Assembly (NCBI GenBank): GCA_001724265.1
Contig: MEDY01000077.1
Span: 1-64,000 of the forward strand
Source of the DNA: Rhizaria sp. SCN 62-66
Taxonomy: Eukaryota
Length of the DNA: 64,000 bases
Direction: 5' to 3'
The position numbers were made by a program, and so were the translations under genes. This document shows, piece after piece, positions 23,313-36,500 of this stretch. Within the stretch, counting starts at the first letter, position 1. Each line of letters begins with the position of its first letter. Below the pieces are notes generated by a model that made no database searches, was not told the origin of the DNA, and saw only the letters and a program-made list of their open reading frames with translations.

Positions 23313-24868
23313 TCACGTGATGTTACGGCTACTGCTACTCGTCTTGGTGTTGCTGCTACCATGGTTATCACTATCATGGTTATCACTATCATGGCTATCA
23401 ACACGAATACTTGGACTGGTGGTGCTGCTGATGCTGTCACTGCTGGGATTGCTGATGAGACTATTATCAGTGTTGTGGCCATGCGTTGTTGTGGGCGGGC
23501 ACTGCTCGTCGCTATGCGGGTGTAAGTGATCGTGAGCAGAGTGACCATGGGCAGCGGCTAGAGTGACATCTAACCGGTGACTGGGGACGTGGGCGTGCGG
23601 GTGATTGTGATGGATGTGCCCCGCAGCGTCCAAGTACCCGTCCTGATCACCCTTAAACTGCGAGGCTACATATCCAGAACCACTGACAACCGCGCTCACA
23701 CTCCTCAACGCAGCATCAGTGCCGCAACTGCTACTGTTCACAACCGCATCGGCATCGCTGCCCAAAACGGCGGCAACATCCTTGCTCGACGAGCTGAAGA
23801 ACGGCAGATCAGGGAATCCGCGGTGCTGAATGAATGACAGCACCATGTTCTCGATCGTGGACACCGACGAGTTGAACATGAGCTGCCGGTTCACCGGAAT
23901 GAACTTGAAGGTGCAAGGAGCGACGAACGTCCACATAAGCTCGTCGAACGCCAGCGTCGGCAGGAAATCACTGCGCAAGAAGGGTGAACAGCAAATATGT
24001 CGTGATATGAATTGTGAGGATGTGTTGATGTGGGGATAGGCGAAACATTGTAGCGTCGTGTGAGTCGAGAGAAAGTGTCTCTGTGAGAGTGAATAGAGTC
24101 AGTGAACGTACGCCTTCATGCGTTTACCAAGTGTCTTCAGCGAATCGCCACCCTCAACAAGTGACACGCAGGGGAAAAACAGCGCTGTGACCACCGGCCC
24201 GTAGATCAGCTATGATCAGCAGTCAGGAGAGACAGACAAAGATGGTACAAAGGAGACAGAAACAAGAAATGATTTAGTGGAAATATACGCATGCAAGCCG
24301 TTCAACTAATATGGGGTAATTTTAAGTGGTATCAGCGCTGTAAATCTTAGCATGCATATTCAAATCTTCAAGTCATCGTTGCTACTGGGAAGTGTCAGAA
24401 GACGTACTTGTTCCATGGTGAACTTGGTCCCGATAAACCGCCAGGACCCGGGCTCAAAGTGCGGGAAGCGCGTGCGCACAAAGCGCTCGAGGAACGGGTA
24501 CCACACGGACCCGATAGGGCCAGTGACGCAGAAGCCGAACATGGAGACCGCCGCCCACCGCTTGAGCGCGAAACCCTCTGCAGAAGTGCCAACAAGAAAG
24601 TTCGAAAGGTCATAGTTAGGGCGCGTCATTGCAATCTAGATTCACCATCGTATGTCAAAGCGTTGATACGTTGTAAGCTTAGTTTGTTTTGAAACGAACC
24701 TTTGAAGAGCTTGAAGTTGCTCGTGTTGGCCGTTTCGGGACTGCGGTCGTAGACAAGGATCTCGAACGACTGGCAGATGGCATCACCAGTGCCGCAGATT
24801 GTGCCCGCGGCAACACACTGGCCAATGCGCTCATGGCGGGCCCAGAGACGGCCAAGTGCACTGAGCAT
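23313..24868 (-). CDS. MPV17/PMP22-family membrane protein with His-rich C-terminal tail, ~364 aa; exons 24868-24700, 24577-24408, 24209-24112, 23970-23313; stop TGA
   Basis: GTGDAICQ, FGFCVTGPIGSVWYPFLE, KFTMEQLIYGP, W....FKFIPVNRQLMF....LSF motifs. Three GT-AG introns with matching phases; CTAAC branch-like motif in intron 1. Confidence 0.85.
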
Positions 24869-25414
24869 ATAATGGATACGGAGCGAGTGTGCGGCCAGGG
24901 AAGGGATGGAGTGACGTCACGAAGTGCACAACGCGCTCGGTCGCAAGAGTCGGGATACTGATGTAGGACCAGCGCTGTCAGACGGGATTTATGTTTTGTA
25001 TCTGCGGGTATAAGTTGGGAAAACGAGTTCGACCAGTGAGTCGCGTAGTGAAGAGAAAAACGAAGAGTTTGATGAGGCGTAGCTGTTGACGAGGATATGC
25101 ACAAGGAGGAACTTCGGGGCGAATTCACGCGACGAATGTCTCGCATGAGAAAATGATCTTGAAATATATTATCTCAGCGCATGTTAAAAATGTTATATCA
25201 AGAGCTTGTGCTATTTGACGGAGGTTGTGAATGTATTCATTCATTTGAAATAACGCTTCTCCAAGGCACCGTCGATCGACGCACTTGGAGGGGCGGCCTG
25301 TCTGTAGCACGGTCATTTTGCATTTCGTCTTATATCTCGCTTGAATACGGTTTGTAAAGAAAATAACGTAGTCAACATAGACGCAAGTGCCTGTAATATA
25401 ATATATCGTCCACT

Positions 25415-26616
25415 TCAATCGCGGTCAAGATTGATCTGCAGCATGTCCTGTCCCTGGAACATGTCAGGCGCGGTGTTGATCAGGTCCATCACCGTCTTGA
25501 TAGGCGGCATGGGCTCAGTCAAGCAGCCAACGAACCCGCAGCCAAAGACGGCGAGCGTAACGAGCTCCTCGTTGCGCTTGGCCTTGTCGAGCTGCGTGCG
25601 CAGAGTGCGGAGAAGCTTGGCGTCGCGCAGGCCCTTGTTGGGGTGCTCGACGATGATCTCACTGCAAGAATAAACAAAAGGTGCAAAAACATATATATCA
25701 AGATGAGACATACACGTATTGGATTAAGTCCAAGGGATATAAAAATGACGGATGGAACATATCTTTGTACACAGATTTGGTTCGATTTAATAATGTTAAC
25801 GTACTTGTTGAACTCGTGCCAGGTGGTGTACAGCGCAATGAGCGAGCGGTCAAGCTTCTCGCCAGAGACAGGACGGGTGCGGCCAGTGATGCGGAAATCC
25901 GCCAGGGGGGTCTCGCTCTGAAGGAAAATAAAGCCGGGAACGTCGCCCACCTGCATGCCCTGTGAACACGCGGACGTAAAACAGTTGAAAGCAGATCATA
26001 GTGTGTGAGTTTGGAATAGAAAGAAACAGCGGTTCGAAGATCAATTGATGTTGGTTGCGTACCTGCATGACGGCAAATGGGCTGATCTGGAGCTGCAGCT
26101 TGTCAACGACCATGGCAAACAGCTCGTTGTCGTTCATCTCCGACTGCGAGATGACCTCGGGTAGCGCGGCCTTAGCGGCGTCGAGTGCGGCGGACGGCGA
26201 CACGGCGCCGCCCTCGGCCTCGGCCACGGCGGCCGCACCGACGGGGATCACGGAGCCGTCGTCATCGATTATGACGCGGTCGGCGTGGCACATGAGCTTG
26301 TGCAAGGGCCAGTCCTGGAGCTGGCACTCGCGGCTGTGGATAAATAGTATCACAAGAAAGACGAGGAGTAACGAAGAATTGAATGACAAGGTGGTTGGCG
26401 AGAGATCTTCGAGGGGATGTTTGAGTGTCATAAACCGAGTGTGAGGAGAGTACATAGCGTGTAAAAGATAAAATCATATATTTTTTATGGGAATACCTAC
26501 CTGCAGTACTGCGCAAGACGGCAGCGGCCGCACTTTTGGAACTTGGGAGGGTCGGTGTCGTAGTTGTTGCAGGCGGCGCGGCGGCAACGAATGGCAACCT
26601 TGTCAGTGGAAGACAT
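25415..26616 (-). CDS. zf-MYND domain protein, ~262 aa; exons 26616-26501, 26333-26063, 25959-25805, 25661-25415; stop TGA
   Basis: Spliced sequence CRRAAC...KCGRCRLAQYCSRECQLQDWPLHKLMC is a canonical MYND finger. Introns are phase-compatible. Confidence 0.87.
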
Positions 26617-27548
26617 CTGTAATTTCAGAGAGTATAAATAACAGAAATTGTGTGTTAGTGGCAGTTCTATTATAGGTCTGTACTCGCACTTGTGTTGACG
26701 GATGGTGTAGCATGTGCTCTCGTGTCAAAGATCACGCAACCTCCGTGCAGTCTCCACGCACGCCAACCCGCCCAGCAAGCGCACGGACTGAAGTCCAAAT
26801 TGTTATATACTGGATGGGAATGGATTAAAATTGGTGATTTCTCATTTAACCATGTGCATATCATATTATATATTTGACACACTCGTTGGACTGCTGATTA
26901 TGTCATGATATTCCTGAGTTTTGACCACGCGCCCAACCCGCTCTCTCATCTCATCACTGCATTTCGTAGGTCTCTGCAGAGACATGCAAATCAACTGCAA
27001 CTCAACCAATCGCGTGTGCAGAGTGTATGCTGGTTGAAGGTGCATGCATTGCCGCTAGTCTGCAAAAACGGTAATCTTGCTCTCGTAAGAGCGCACTCTG
27101 CTCCATGGCAAACTTCCTCGACACCGACAAATGCCACGCTCTCTAATTGAGCACCAAAAGGTACAAACCAATTAAAACGCGGGCGCATGATGGGTCTGGT
27201 GCGCATATATTGCTTGCATGATTGTATATTTAAGCTGCGTGTTCCCTGACTGCATTTGTGGTGGCGTGAGAGGTGACTGTGAGCGAACTTCAAGTCAGCA
27301 AGGGTCAACCAAATCCAGGTTTATACTCCTCCCAATCTCCGTCACTACAAACTTCAAGTCATGTTATAATAGTAAGATACTTTATTGTATATATCTTTTG
27401 AGCTACTACCTTTGAATGTTTTCTAATCACTCATGTTCACCTGGAGTTCTTCTTCCTTCCTCGACCCCACTGTAGCACACACCCAAACTAGCTTCTTCGT
27501 ACATTTCAGAGCTTATCGAAGAAAAAGCGCACTCACTTCACTGCTCAC

Positions 27549-30500
27549 ATGTCTGAGCACAAGCCCGGCTTCGACCGAGGCGGTTCCGGCTCTGAGAAGA
27601 GACCGGAATCAAGTAGCACCGGATCTAACTTAAACCCAAGAGCAAGCTTCGCTGTTCCTCTAGGTCCCTCTCAACCTCATACTAGCAGCGTAAAAGCACC
27701 ACGGCAGTCTGACACAGGGGACGGCATATCTGCCATTAGGGCGCCTTTTAAGTCAGGTGTTCCCGGCATGGTCTTTAAGTCAAACAATGCGAAGACGACC
27801 GCCAATGTGAGCAACAGCGTCAAGAGTGACAGCAAGAGTAAGAGCTCGGATACTAGCCACTCCACTCACACACACGGCCCTGCATCGAGTATTCTTAGTG
27901 CAGGTGCTACAACTAGCGCAACAGCGAGTGCTGGGGCTGGTGCTGGTGCGGCCGCGGCTAGCGTGCCTCGGTTTGACGGCGCCTTCGCGCTATCCGCACT
28001 TGCACAGTCTCCCCACCCGCACTTCAACCCGCTGGTCACTGTCGCTGCCGTCAATGCCAACGGGGCAATCCCTAACACCACGAACGCGCAGTCGGGTGGC
28101 TTGAGCTCAAGCTCCAGCTCTCACGCTGATTCCATCTCGTCTGCGGATGCGAAGCTCTACAGCCCTGTGGCCGACGTCAATGCTAGAGTCAGTCGGCGAC
28201 TGGCGCGAGTGCCAGCGCTCACGGCCACAGTCGGTGCGACTTCGGCCGCTGTGGCCGAGGCCGAGACACGGGCAGAGGCTGAGGCCGAGGCAGAGGCGGA
28301 AGCGTTTGGCAGCATTGTTGCACACGCACGCGTTCAAGCACAAGGTGTGTGAAAAACGATCATTCAATGTGAATCTCAGTGATATAAAGGTGCGTGATGT
28401 GTGTTATTTTGTCACTATATTGTATCTTACATGTCTCATTACTTTATTGTTCAATTATCGCGCCTTTTAGAGTCGAGTTTGGCGATCGCGCTGGGTACGC
28501 AGCGGGCGTTTGACTTCCGGCAGGGTCGCTTAGGCGGCAACGCAACCGTGCTGAAGCGCGGCAGCGATACTGAATGCGCGTTCATGCGCGGCGTTGCTGC
28601 CATGAACACTGCGGGCGGCGTTGGCGCTGTGAGTGACAAGCTGTGGCTCAGCACAGGCACTTGCACGCAATCGCTCAGCTACATCTCCACAAGTCCAAGT
28701 TCTGGCGCCTACAGGACTGCAGATATGGACGCAAGCGCTGACATCAACACTGACGCGAACGGAAACCTTGTTGATGACCTGGGCAACAGCGCCAGTGGCA
28801 GCTTGCAGTCGCCCAATGCTCCGATCAGTCCAGCGAGCCTACAGTCTGAGCTGAGCACTGTGACTGGTGCTAGTGACAGGGCGAGCGTGACCGCAAGCGA
28901 GGACGTTAGCACTGCTAATCTCGAGAGTTTCCTGCAAGACTCCCCGGAACAGTCACCCCAGCCTCTGAGCGCTCAGTGGAAAGACTCGCGCTCGCTGCAG
29001 TCAACCGACGGCTCGATCGACGGTGCGACTCGCGCGGAGGGCGGTGTGATCCATACGTCTGGCCTCAGCGCCCCGCATGGCAATGACGGCGACAGTGGTG
29101 ACCACGGCGACAAAGATAGCAACAACAACAGGGACGGTGACAAAGCGGGCAAGAGCGATAACGACGGCTTTCAGCAAGACCTTGCGCAGAGGCAGAAAAT
29201 AAACGCCCAGAATGGCATTCCAACTGCTGCTGTCGAGCAACCGCGTCGCGCTAACGGCAACAGCGCCAATGCGGCTGCAAACAGCGACGCTAGCGCGGCT
29301 AGCCAGGGTGTCAATGAGAGCAATTCCACAAAACTTGTCCGAAGTCGCGCAGGCATTGAGTTGCTTCCGCTCAGCACGGACGCTGCTAACGGTGAGCAAA
29401 ACGACCGTGAGCAGCAGCAGCAGACGCATAGTAACCGTGATCAGGACCGGTGGCGCGTAGAAGACGACGGCAGCTACAGTTTGCTGCTGCAACAGGGCGA
29501 ATACCTAGCCTGTGTGCTTGCTGAGTCGGCAAACCTTCGCATCGCCACGTGCCAGGCGCCGCTGCCGGGATATCTCAGCAAGACGCCAGGCAGCGCGGCA
29601 TCCACTGAGTCGGCGTCATCGGCTTTAAGTCTGAACCTTAGTGCTGTGAACGAGTCAAGTCTCACCTGCGCTGATAAGGCGTCAGTGCGCCTAGCGGGGG
29701 CGCATGCTGATGAGGGCACGATTCAGACCGCAACTACCCACTCCACTACTGCTGCCAGTGGAACTGCTGCTGACGCATCGAGTGTCAGTATCAAGGAGTG
29801 GACGATACACTTGGACATGTGTTTGAGCTCTTTACCGCCGGAGGGAGAGACGTGGGCGCTTGTGAGCACGTACATGATGCCCGTTGCTCCAGAAACAAAC
29901 TCGAGCACCGATGTTGACAGTGTACGTGACAACAGCTCGAATCCTGGCCTGCATTCATCATCTGGCCCCGCGTCTGCTCGTAGCGCTCGTAAATCTGGCG
30001 CTGCATATGCTGAATCTCCCAGTGCCGACGCACAGCCTGCCGTTGATCCAGCTGGCGACCAACCGAGTGTTCAACAAACGGGGACTTTGTTGATTACGCC
30101 CACTGCCACCACGTCCACGGCAACGCCAACGGCCTCTGCCTGCGGGCCTCCGTCCCGCATCGTCGGCGCAATTATCACCGTTAACAGCGACGGTGGCATC
30201 GGCGCGCTGGGCGTTCACCACCTGCCCGACTCGGTGCTGGAGACGCGACCCGCCGTGCCAGTCGGCGAGAGCTGTCGCGTGACCGTGACGTGCGGCGCGC
30301 TGGGCGGGGTCCGCACCGTCAACACCTACATCGACGGGCTGTTGTGCGCAAGTGTCCCGCTGCCATCGCATCTCAACACGCTAGCCTCGGCGGTTGCGGC
30401 GGACGCAGGCTCAGCTGCAACAGCAGTACCTGTGCTGACATCAGTGACCGAGACAGTACCGACTGCGGACAACCTAAGCTTAGACTTTGTGTCGGCAGGT

Positions 30501-33500
30501 GACCGCAATGTCGCTCCTGCGAGCACTTCTGCGGCTGCTCTTGATAACGTAGCCGCGGCTGTGGTCGCCGATGCAAGTCCGTCTGTGTCGACTTCGTCTC
30601 TGGCAACGAGCAACACTGGTGCTGAACCAAAAACCATCAGCACCACAGCTCCAAGCCTGTTAGACCTTGCCCTCATCACAACGACGCCAACAACATCCAA
30701 GCCCAACTTGGTCACCACCGGCAGCACTAACAACATCAGCAGCCCTGTCGGCCCCAATGCCAACATGAGTACCAGCAAGGCTGTGACTACGCCCTTTGAC
30801 CCGTTTACGCTCCTTTCAAGCGGCATCTTTATCGGCGCCGCCCCGCAGTTACTGAACCAGTGCCCAGGACCGGCCCTGGAGCTCCGCATGGTATCGGTTA
30901 TCTTTGCAGAGCTCGGCGCAGCGGCCGCGGCCACAGCCTCGGCGAACCCCGAGTCGTCGTATCTGAGCACTGCTTCCGGCGCAGCTACCGTTGGTCTCGG
31001 TGGGTCGCTGCGCCGTCGTCAGTCTGCCAACATCTCTGACACCACTGCTGAAAGGTTGTCGCTGGCCGGTGTTACAACAGAAGGCAGTGTGGTGCCGGTC
31101 TGGCGTGATGGCATCTTTGCTGGCATGTTCGGCGACGCGTACATCGAGAACACGTCCTTCGAAGGCGGTTTGATCTCGCCGTCGCTGCTCGTACTCGGCC
31201 ATGTGCTCGACCGGGTGCTGAAGTCACAGCGGTGGTGGCTCGATGACTGTATTTCCACGGACAATCTCACCGCTGTCGCCGCCGTGCGTGCAATGTTCAG
31301 CGCTGCGCTGCCGCTTTCGAAGCAGGTCGACCTCTGCACGAGCGCGAGCTCCATTCTGTACCCATTCCTGCATCGACTGCGTCACAGCATCATTACCATG
31401 CCGATCGGCGGCACTCTGATCCTGCCCGGCGGCTGGCGCACCGCGACCTCAGGCCACGCGCTCATCTACATTGTCGAGCGCGAGACCGCGTTGACATACC
31501 GGTTTGTGCTCTTGAATACTGGCGACGGTTTAGAGTACCATCCTGCCTCGGCGCATCAACCGCCCAAGATCAAGGTGCGCACTGCAATCGCGCTTGCGAA
31601 CATCCCCGTAGCGCGCATGGCTGACGAGGCTTGGTGGCTTGCGGTGTATCTCTTGTTCGTAAAGCCAACGCCCAGCAACGGCGCCGACCGGCTCTATCAG
31701 AAGTACCTGCCGTTGCTTGCCGGGAAGCCGCTCGCAGCTGCCATTGCCGAGACGTACTACGACAAGGCGCTGACGTGGCGCACGCCGCAGCGCGCCGGCA
31801 CATGCTACTTCCGTTGCGTGCTCGAGCTGCTTCGATACTCACTCCTCAAGGCGGGGCTGACTGAGCAGCAGGCGAAGCGTGTAAAGTTTGCGTGCAAGTA
31901 CGAGCTTATGCTGATGGCGCGCAACGACCTGGCCTGCGCACGCGCAGTTGCAAGCAGTGACAAACGTCTGATGCTGATCGCGTGTCGCCAGCTTGCGTAC
32001 ACGGCGGGCAAGGGCGCCGCTGCAGGGGTGTTTGCTGTGAGGCACTTGCACCGGGTGCTCACGCTGATCGAAGCCGTCTAGAAAAAGATCGTCCGTGTCG
32101 AGTGTTCTGATGAAGACAGCGCTGGCACTCTGCCGCCGCTGCTGGAGCTGGAGTCCACAGTGCTGCGCGGCGCGATTACGGTCGAGAATGTTCCGATCCA
32201 TGAAGCGACTGCGGCTGATACACAGTTCACGTCAGAGTCGCTGGGTGGGGCTGTGAATCTTAGCGCGACCGATCGCGCTGCGGGCGACGAAGGTGAAGCC
32301 ACTGAGCGAACCGAAGACGACGACCTCGCCGTGAAGGCAATGTTAGTGTCGCCTGCTGATGACCAGCAGCAAAAGCACCTGGGTAAGAGCGGCGCGCATG
32401 ATAAGACGACTGTGAAAATTGACAATTCGAGCCTTTCTGCGAGTAGCGATGTTAAGCACGATGATGACAGTAAAGACAAGTCGGAAGTGAAGCCGCCTGC
32501 CACAGAAGCTAAGCCACGTCAACACGGGTACACTAAGTCAAGTGAGCAAGCCACGATCGCTGCAGTGCTGTCGGGAGATGTTCCGGTAGAGTCGGGCACT
32601 GCCTCAGCTGCGGCGCCTTCAGTAGTCCTTGTTCAGCCTGCAAGCAGTCGCGCTGCAAAGGCTTGCGGTGATGCTGCTGATAGGACCTCAGGTGTAAACG
32701 ATGATGACGGTGAGAAAATTGTCGTTCACGGAATTGAAGATAGTGTTGAGTCGTATCAGCAAGGCACTGCGACGCTGTTGCAACACCCTGGTAGTATGAC
32801 ACCGACGACGACAGCGTCTGAGATTCCCTCAGGTGCAGCGGTCAGCAGTAGCTCGGCACCCTCTGCCGAAGACAATACAACTGCGCTGGATATTGCGACG
32901 GGTACTGCCGCTTCCAGTCGTGAAGACAACGCGGTTACAACTGAAGAGGACACTATTCTGACACCTCAGGAGCCCCGGCCGCAACCACTCAGCGGGAAAG
33001 GCACGAGCGCAAGCGCTGCAACTCCCGTTGGAGATGCGAACAAAGAACCCGCAAATAGTAGTGGCAATAGCTCCAAGAGTGAGAGTGCGGTCTATGCGTG
33101 GGCGCAGCATCCGCTTTTTACACACCTGCTCCGCACTGAGGGTGTTGAAGGCCTTGCTGGCACAGCTGAACCCGACACTGCTTACTTGCCGGTCGATTTC
33201 CTTCAGTTGCGCACTCGGCGGTGTCGCACAGTCACACAAGTTTTAGATACTCTACGCCAGTGTGACTCTATACTGTCGTTGCTGTTCACACAGCGTGAAG
33301 GGATTAAGTGGGTGCCCGCGCGTGTTATCGCGACCGTGCAACACGTGCTACTCGATCTCCTGCCTCTCCCAACCCCAGGTACGCAATTGTGACGTTTTTC
33401 TTTGGTATTGCTTTCTTTGGTATTGCATCACCGTTTTTTTTTAAGTCTAACTCAGTTTCTCACATCTTCAACGTTAAATCTGGTTTTCTTCTTTGTGCGT

Positions 33501-36500
33501 AGGCGACTCGGAATGTGTATGGACTGGCGTGGATGTCCCTGGCGTGAGCACAGTGACTTATTCGGATCAGCTCGCTCTCCTGCAGATTCTTGTTCGCATC
33601 GCTGAGCATTTCACCGCCGCCAGTTTTAGTTACGAGGCGACGCGTGACTATCATGGCTCGTGTATCACCATCGCAGCCGCCCTCGCGATGTTTGCGGATG
33701 CAATCATCCGCAAGATCCCCACGGACCGCACGTCACTGCTCACGCGCCACCTGCTCGGCCGCGGGTTCGCGCGCGCTATCTACGCGCAGCACTATGGCCG
33801 CGCCGTGGCCGCTGCTGCCACAGCGCGCGCTGCTGGGGATGAAGCGACTGCGAATGAGCACGAGCGTGCTGCACGTTGGTGGCTGCACGCGAGTGAGACA
33901 AACGCAAAGGGCAAGAATACGACGCATGCTTACAAGGACAAGACAGATGCTCATGGTGCCGCTGCGGAGAAGCAGCAGGGAAAGATGCTGCCGCCGTTTC
34001 AGGGCGAATGCAGCGTCACTGATAGCGAATATGCGCACGCACCCTACGGCCTTGACCTCAGCGCATATGTGCGTCAGTCTCAGGTCTGTGAGAGCGCGTT
34101 TCCTGCTGCTATGGTTGGCCGCAACGCGATTGTGAACTACTTCCGCTCCATTGCGGTGCCTGTCGAAAATCGGATTTTTTGCTGGGAGGTACTCTCCGAC
34201 GGTGTGCCGGAAGAGTCGACGACAGAGCTGTTGCGCCACATCTGCTCCGCAACGCATTTCCCTTTAACTGCTCTGACGCAATATGCGGCGTCGGATGGCG
34301 TTCCGACGCATGCGCACGCGCGTCAGTGGCACCACCTGGTTGTGCGGCAGTTCCCTGAGTTTGCGCTCTATCGTGATATTTCAGTGCACTTTAAGCTCAG
34401 CCTCCTCGCTGATCGTGGGCAGATCCCCGTGCGGCCTGATTATGATCATCGCGATGCGCGGATTGAGTTTGTGCTTGACGGTGGCGGCTTGTATTTCGAC
34501 ATGTACGCATTTGGCCGCCGGCTGGACTTATCGTCAGCGGCGGGTGTTTCATTCACCTCAGCGGCGACAGCAGCAACTCTAGGTCACTCGGTGCAAGGCT
34601 CCAAGTCTTTACTCGGGCTCAGCTCGCTTTCCTCAAGCGGTGTGTCTGGCCCACTGCGGTTGATCATCGCGCCAGACACGGTGTGTATAGGCGTTGTAAG
34701 CACTGCTGCAGCTGAGGCCGCGACGTGGGCTGCGGTCATCAACGCGCAGAAAGCAAGCACGGACACGATCAAGCATGCAATGACAGGCTCACCGAAGGTT
34801 ACTGCTGAGAACGCGTTTGATAGTGTGGATATCACGACATCGGGTGATGTGAATTTTCCATCTGTGTCAGCGACTGCTGTCGGCGCAAACCCAACTCGCG
34901 AGGCTGCAATTGCTGCAGCAGCCGTGGCGTCCGCAATTGCTGCTGCAACTGCGACCACTGCGGGTGCTGGCCCAACTGATGCTCGAGTCTCAAATCTAGC
35001 CACAGATGCAAACAGTGTGAACCCGGTCGATGCCGCGGCGAGTGCGGGTGTAGCGAGCACTGGTCAGCTTGCTAGCCATGGTGGTATTGGTGCGAGCGAT
35101 AGGGAACACAACGGCAACGGCTCAACCAGCAATCTTTGCGCATTGAATTCTGCTGGTGACACATATGTGGGCTCAGACACACCGTCACCCGGCATCAGCT
35201 CGTCGGACTCTGGTGCCGGCAACGGCGGTGACCATGAAAACGACGCCGGGTCTGGGCTGCCGCTGGCAAGGTTGGCTTCAGCAGGTGGCGACTCTCCTCG
35301 ACTGTCCCCAGAGCCCGGCCCTGTCATCGACAACTCTTTCACAACTCCGCCTCCCCCCTTGCCGATCATGCTGCTGGACACAGAGGTGAGCTCTGTACCA
35401 TATTATGAACAAGGTGACAAAGATGCATCAACGGTGCCTTTATTCGGCTCAATGGCGTTTGCGCATGGCGGTGTTTTTTCACTCCCCGGTACAGATATGG
35501 TTACGGAGACTGCCGCTCACTTCCAGACTTGGGGAAATGACAACGCCGGTAACAATGCGTCTCATAACGGCGGGCCATCATTGTCAGGATCAAAACTTTC
35601 GAGGAAGTTGTTCACCAATCGTGGTGATAATCTTGGCAGCGCCCAGATGCCTAGTTTGCGCGCGATGACTGCGTCAACCTCGGCCGCTGCCGATGTTGCC
35701 GCCACATCAGTTGCCGTTGCCGCGGCGGCTGCCAGTCGCGAGGGTGGCGGGGCTCTCTACTTGCCAGTCGCAGACTCAGAGATCTTGCTTTCATATCTCA
35801 ACGTGCCCTACCTGCGACTGCCATTATTACTGCAGTTCTTCGCGCGCGAGGACCGTGTACAGTACTTGCAGTCTATCGCTGCACAGACGTTGCTAGATGC
35901 GGCCACGTTTGAGCCTGGTGGTGTGCAAGTGCGCCCACAGTCAGCGCTTGCTCATCCGCATTCTCACGACTACTACAGTGGCGCCGCTGTCAAGTCTGTT
36001 CAGCCTCCTGCAAATGCATCAAAGACCACCGCAGCCCAGTTCACCGTTGGAGCAGACGCTCATGCGGTCCTAAGTCAAAGTGACATCTTGCCAACAGAAG
36101 AGTGGCTTGTTCCAACTTACAATCGCGCACTGCTAACTACGCCGTTTGGCCTGCTGATGAACGAACTTGTGACGTCCCCAAGTGGTGTACTTCGTCCTAT
36201 CCGTAGGATTCTGACAACGGCGCTTGATCTTCAAGCTGCAGACGCAGTGGTTGATGCGCCAACCATTGCACTGGTGCTCTACGCAATTCGCCTCGCTGGT
36301 AAAGTGAACAACTATGTCGTTTACTTGACCACTGAACTCGCGCGCGACCCATGTGCACAACGCGTGCTGGCGTTGTCAAACATTGCGGTCACACCAGCAG
36401 CGCTCGTCATGTTGCGTCGTGAAGGTGCGGCTCTGATGAAGTTGCTGACGACACGCGCGTTCGACACGCTTGGTGACTGGACAAAGCGAGTCGAGTCAGC

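Noticed and set aside
24578-24699. Apparent frameshift between MPV17 ORFs 24626-24868 and 24360-24629
   Set aside because: Resolved by a phase-1 intron GTTCGT..CTGCAG with a CTAAC branch-like motif.
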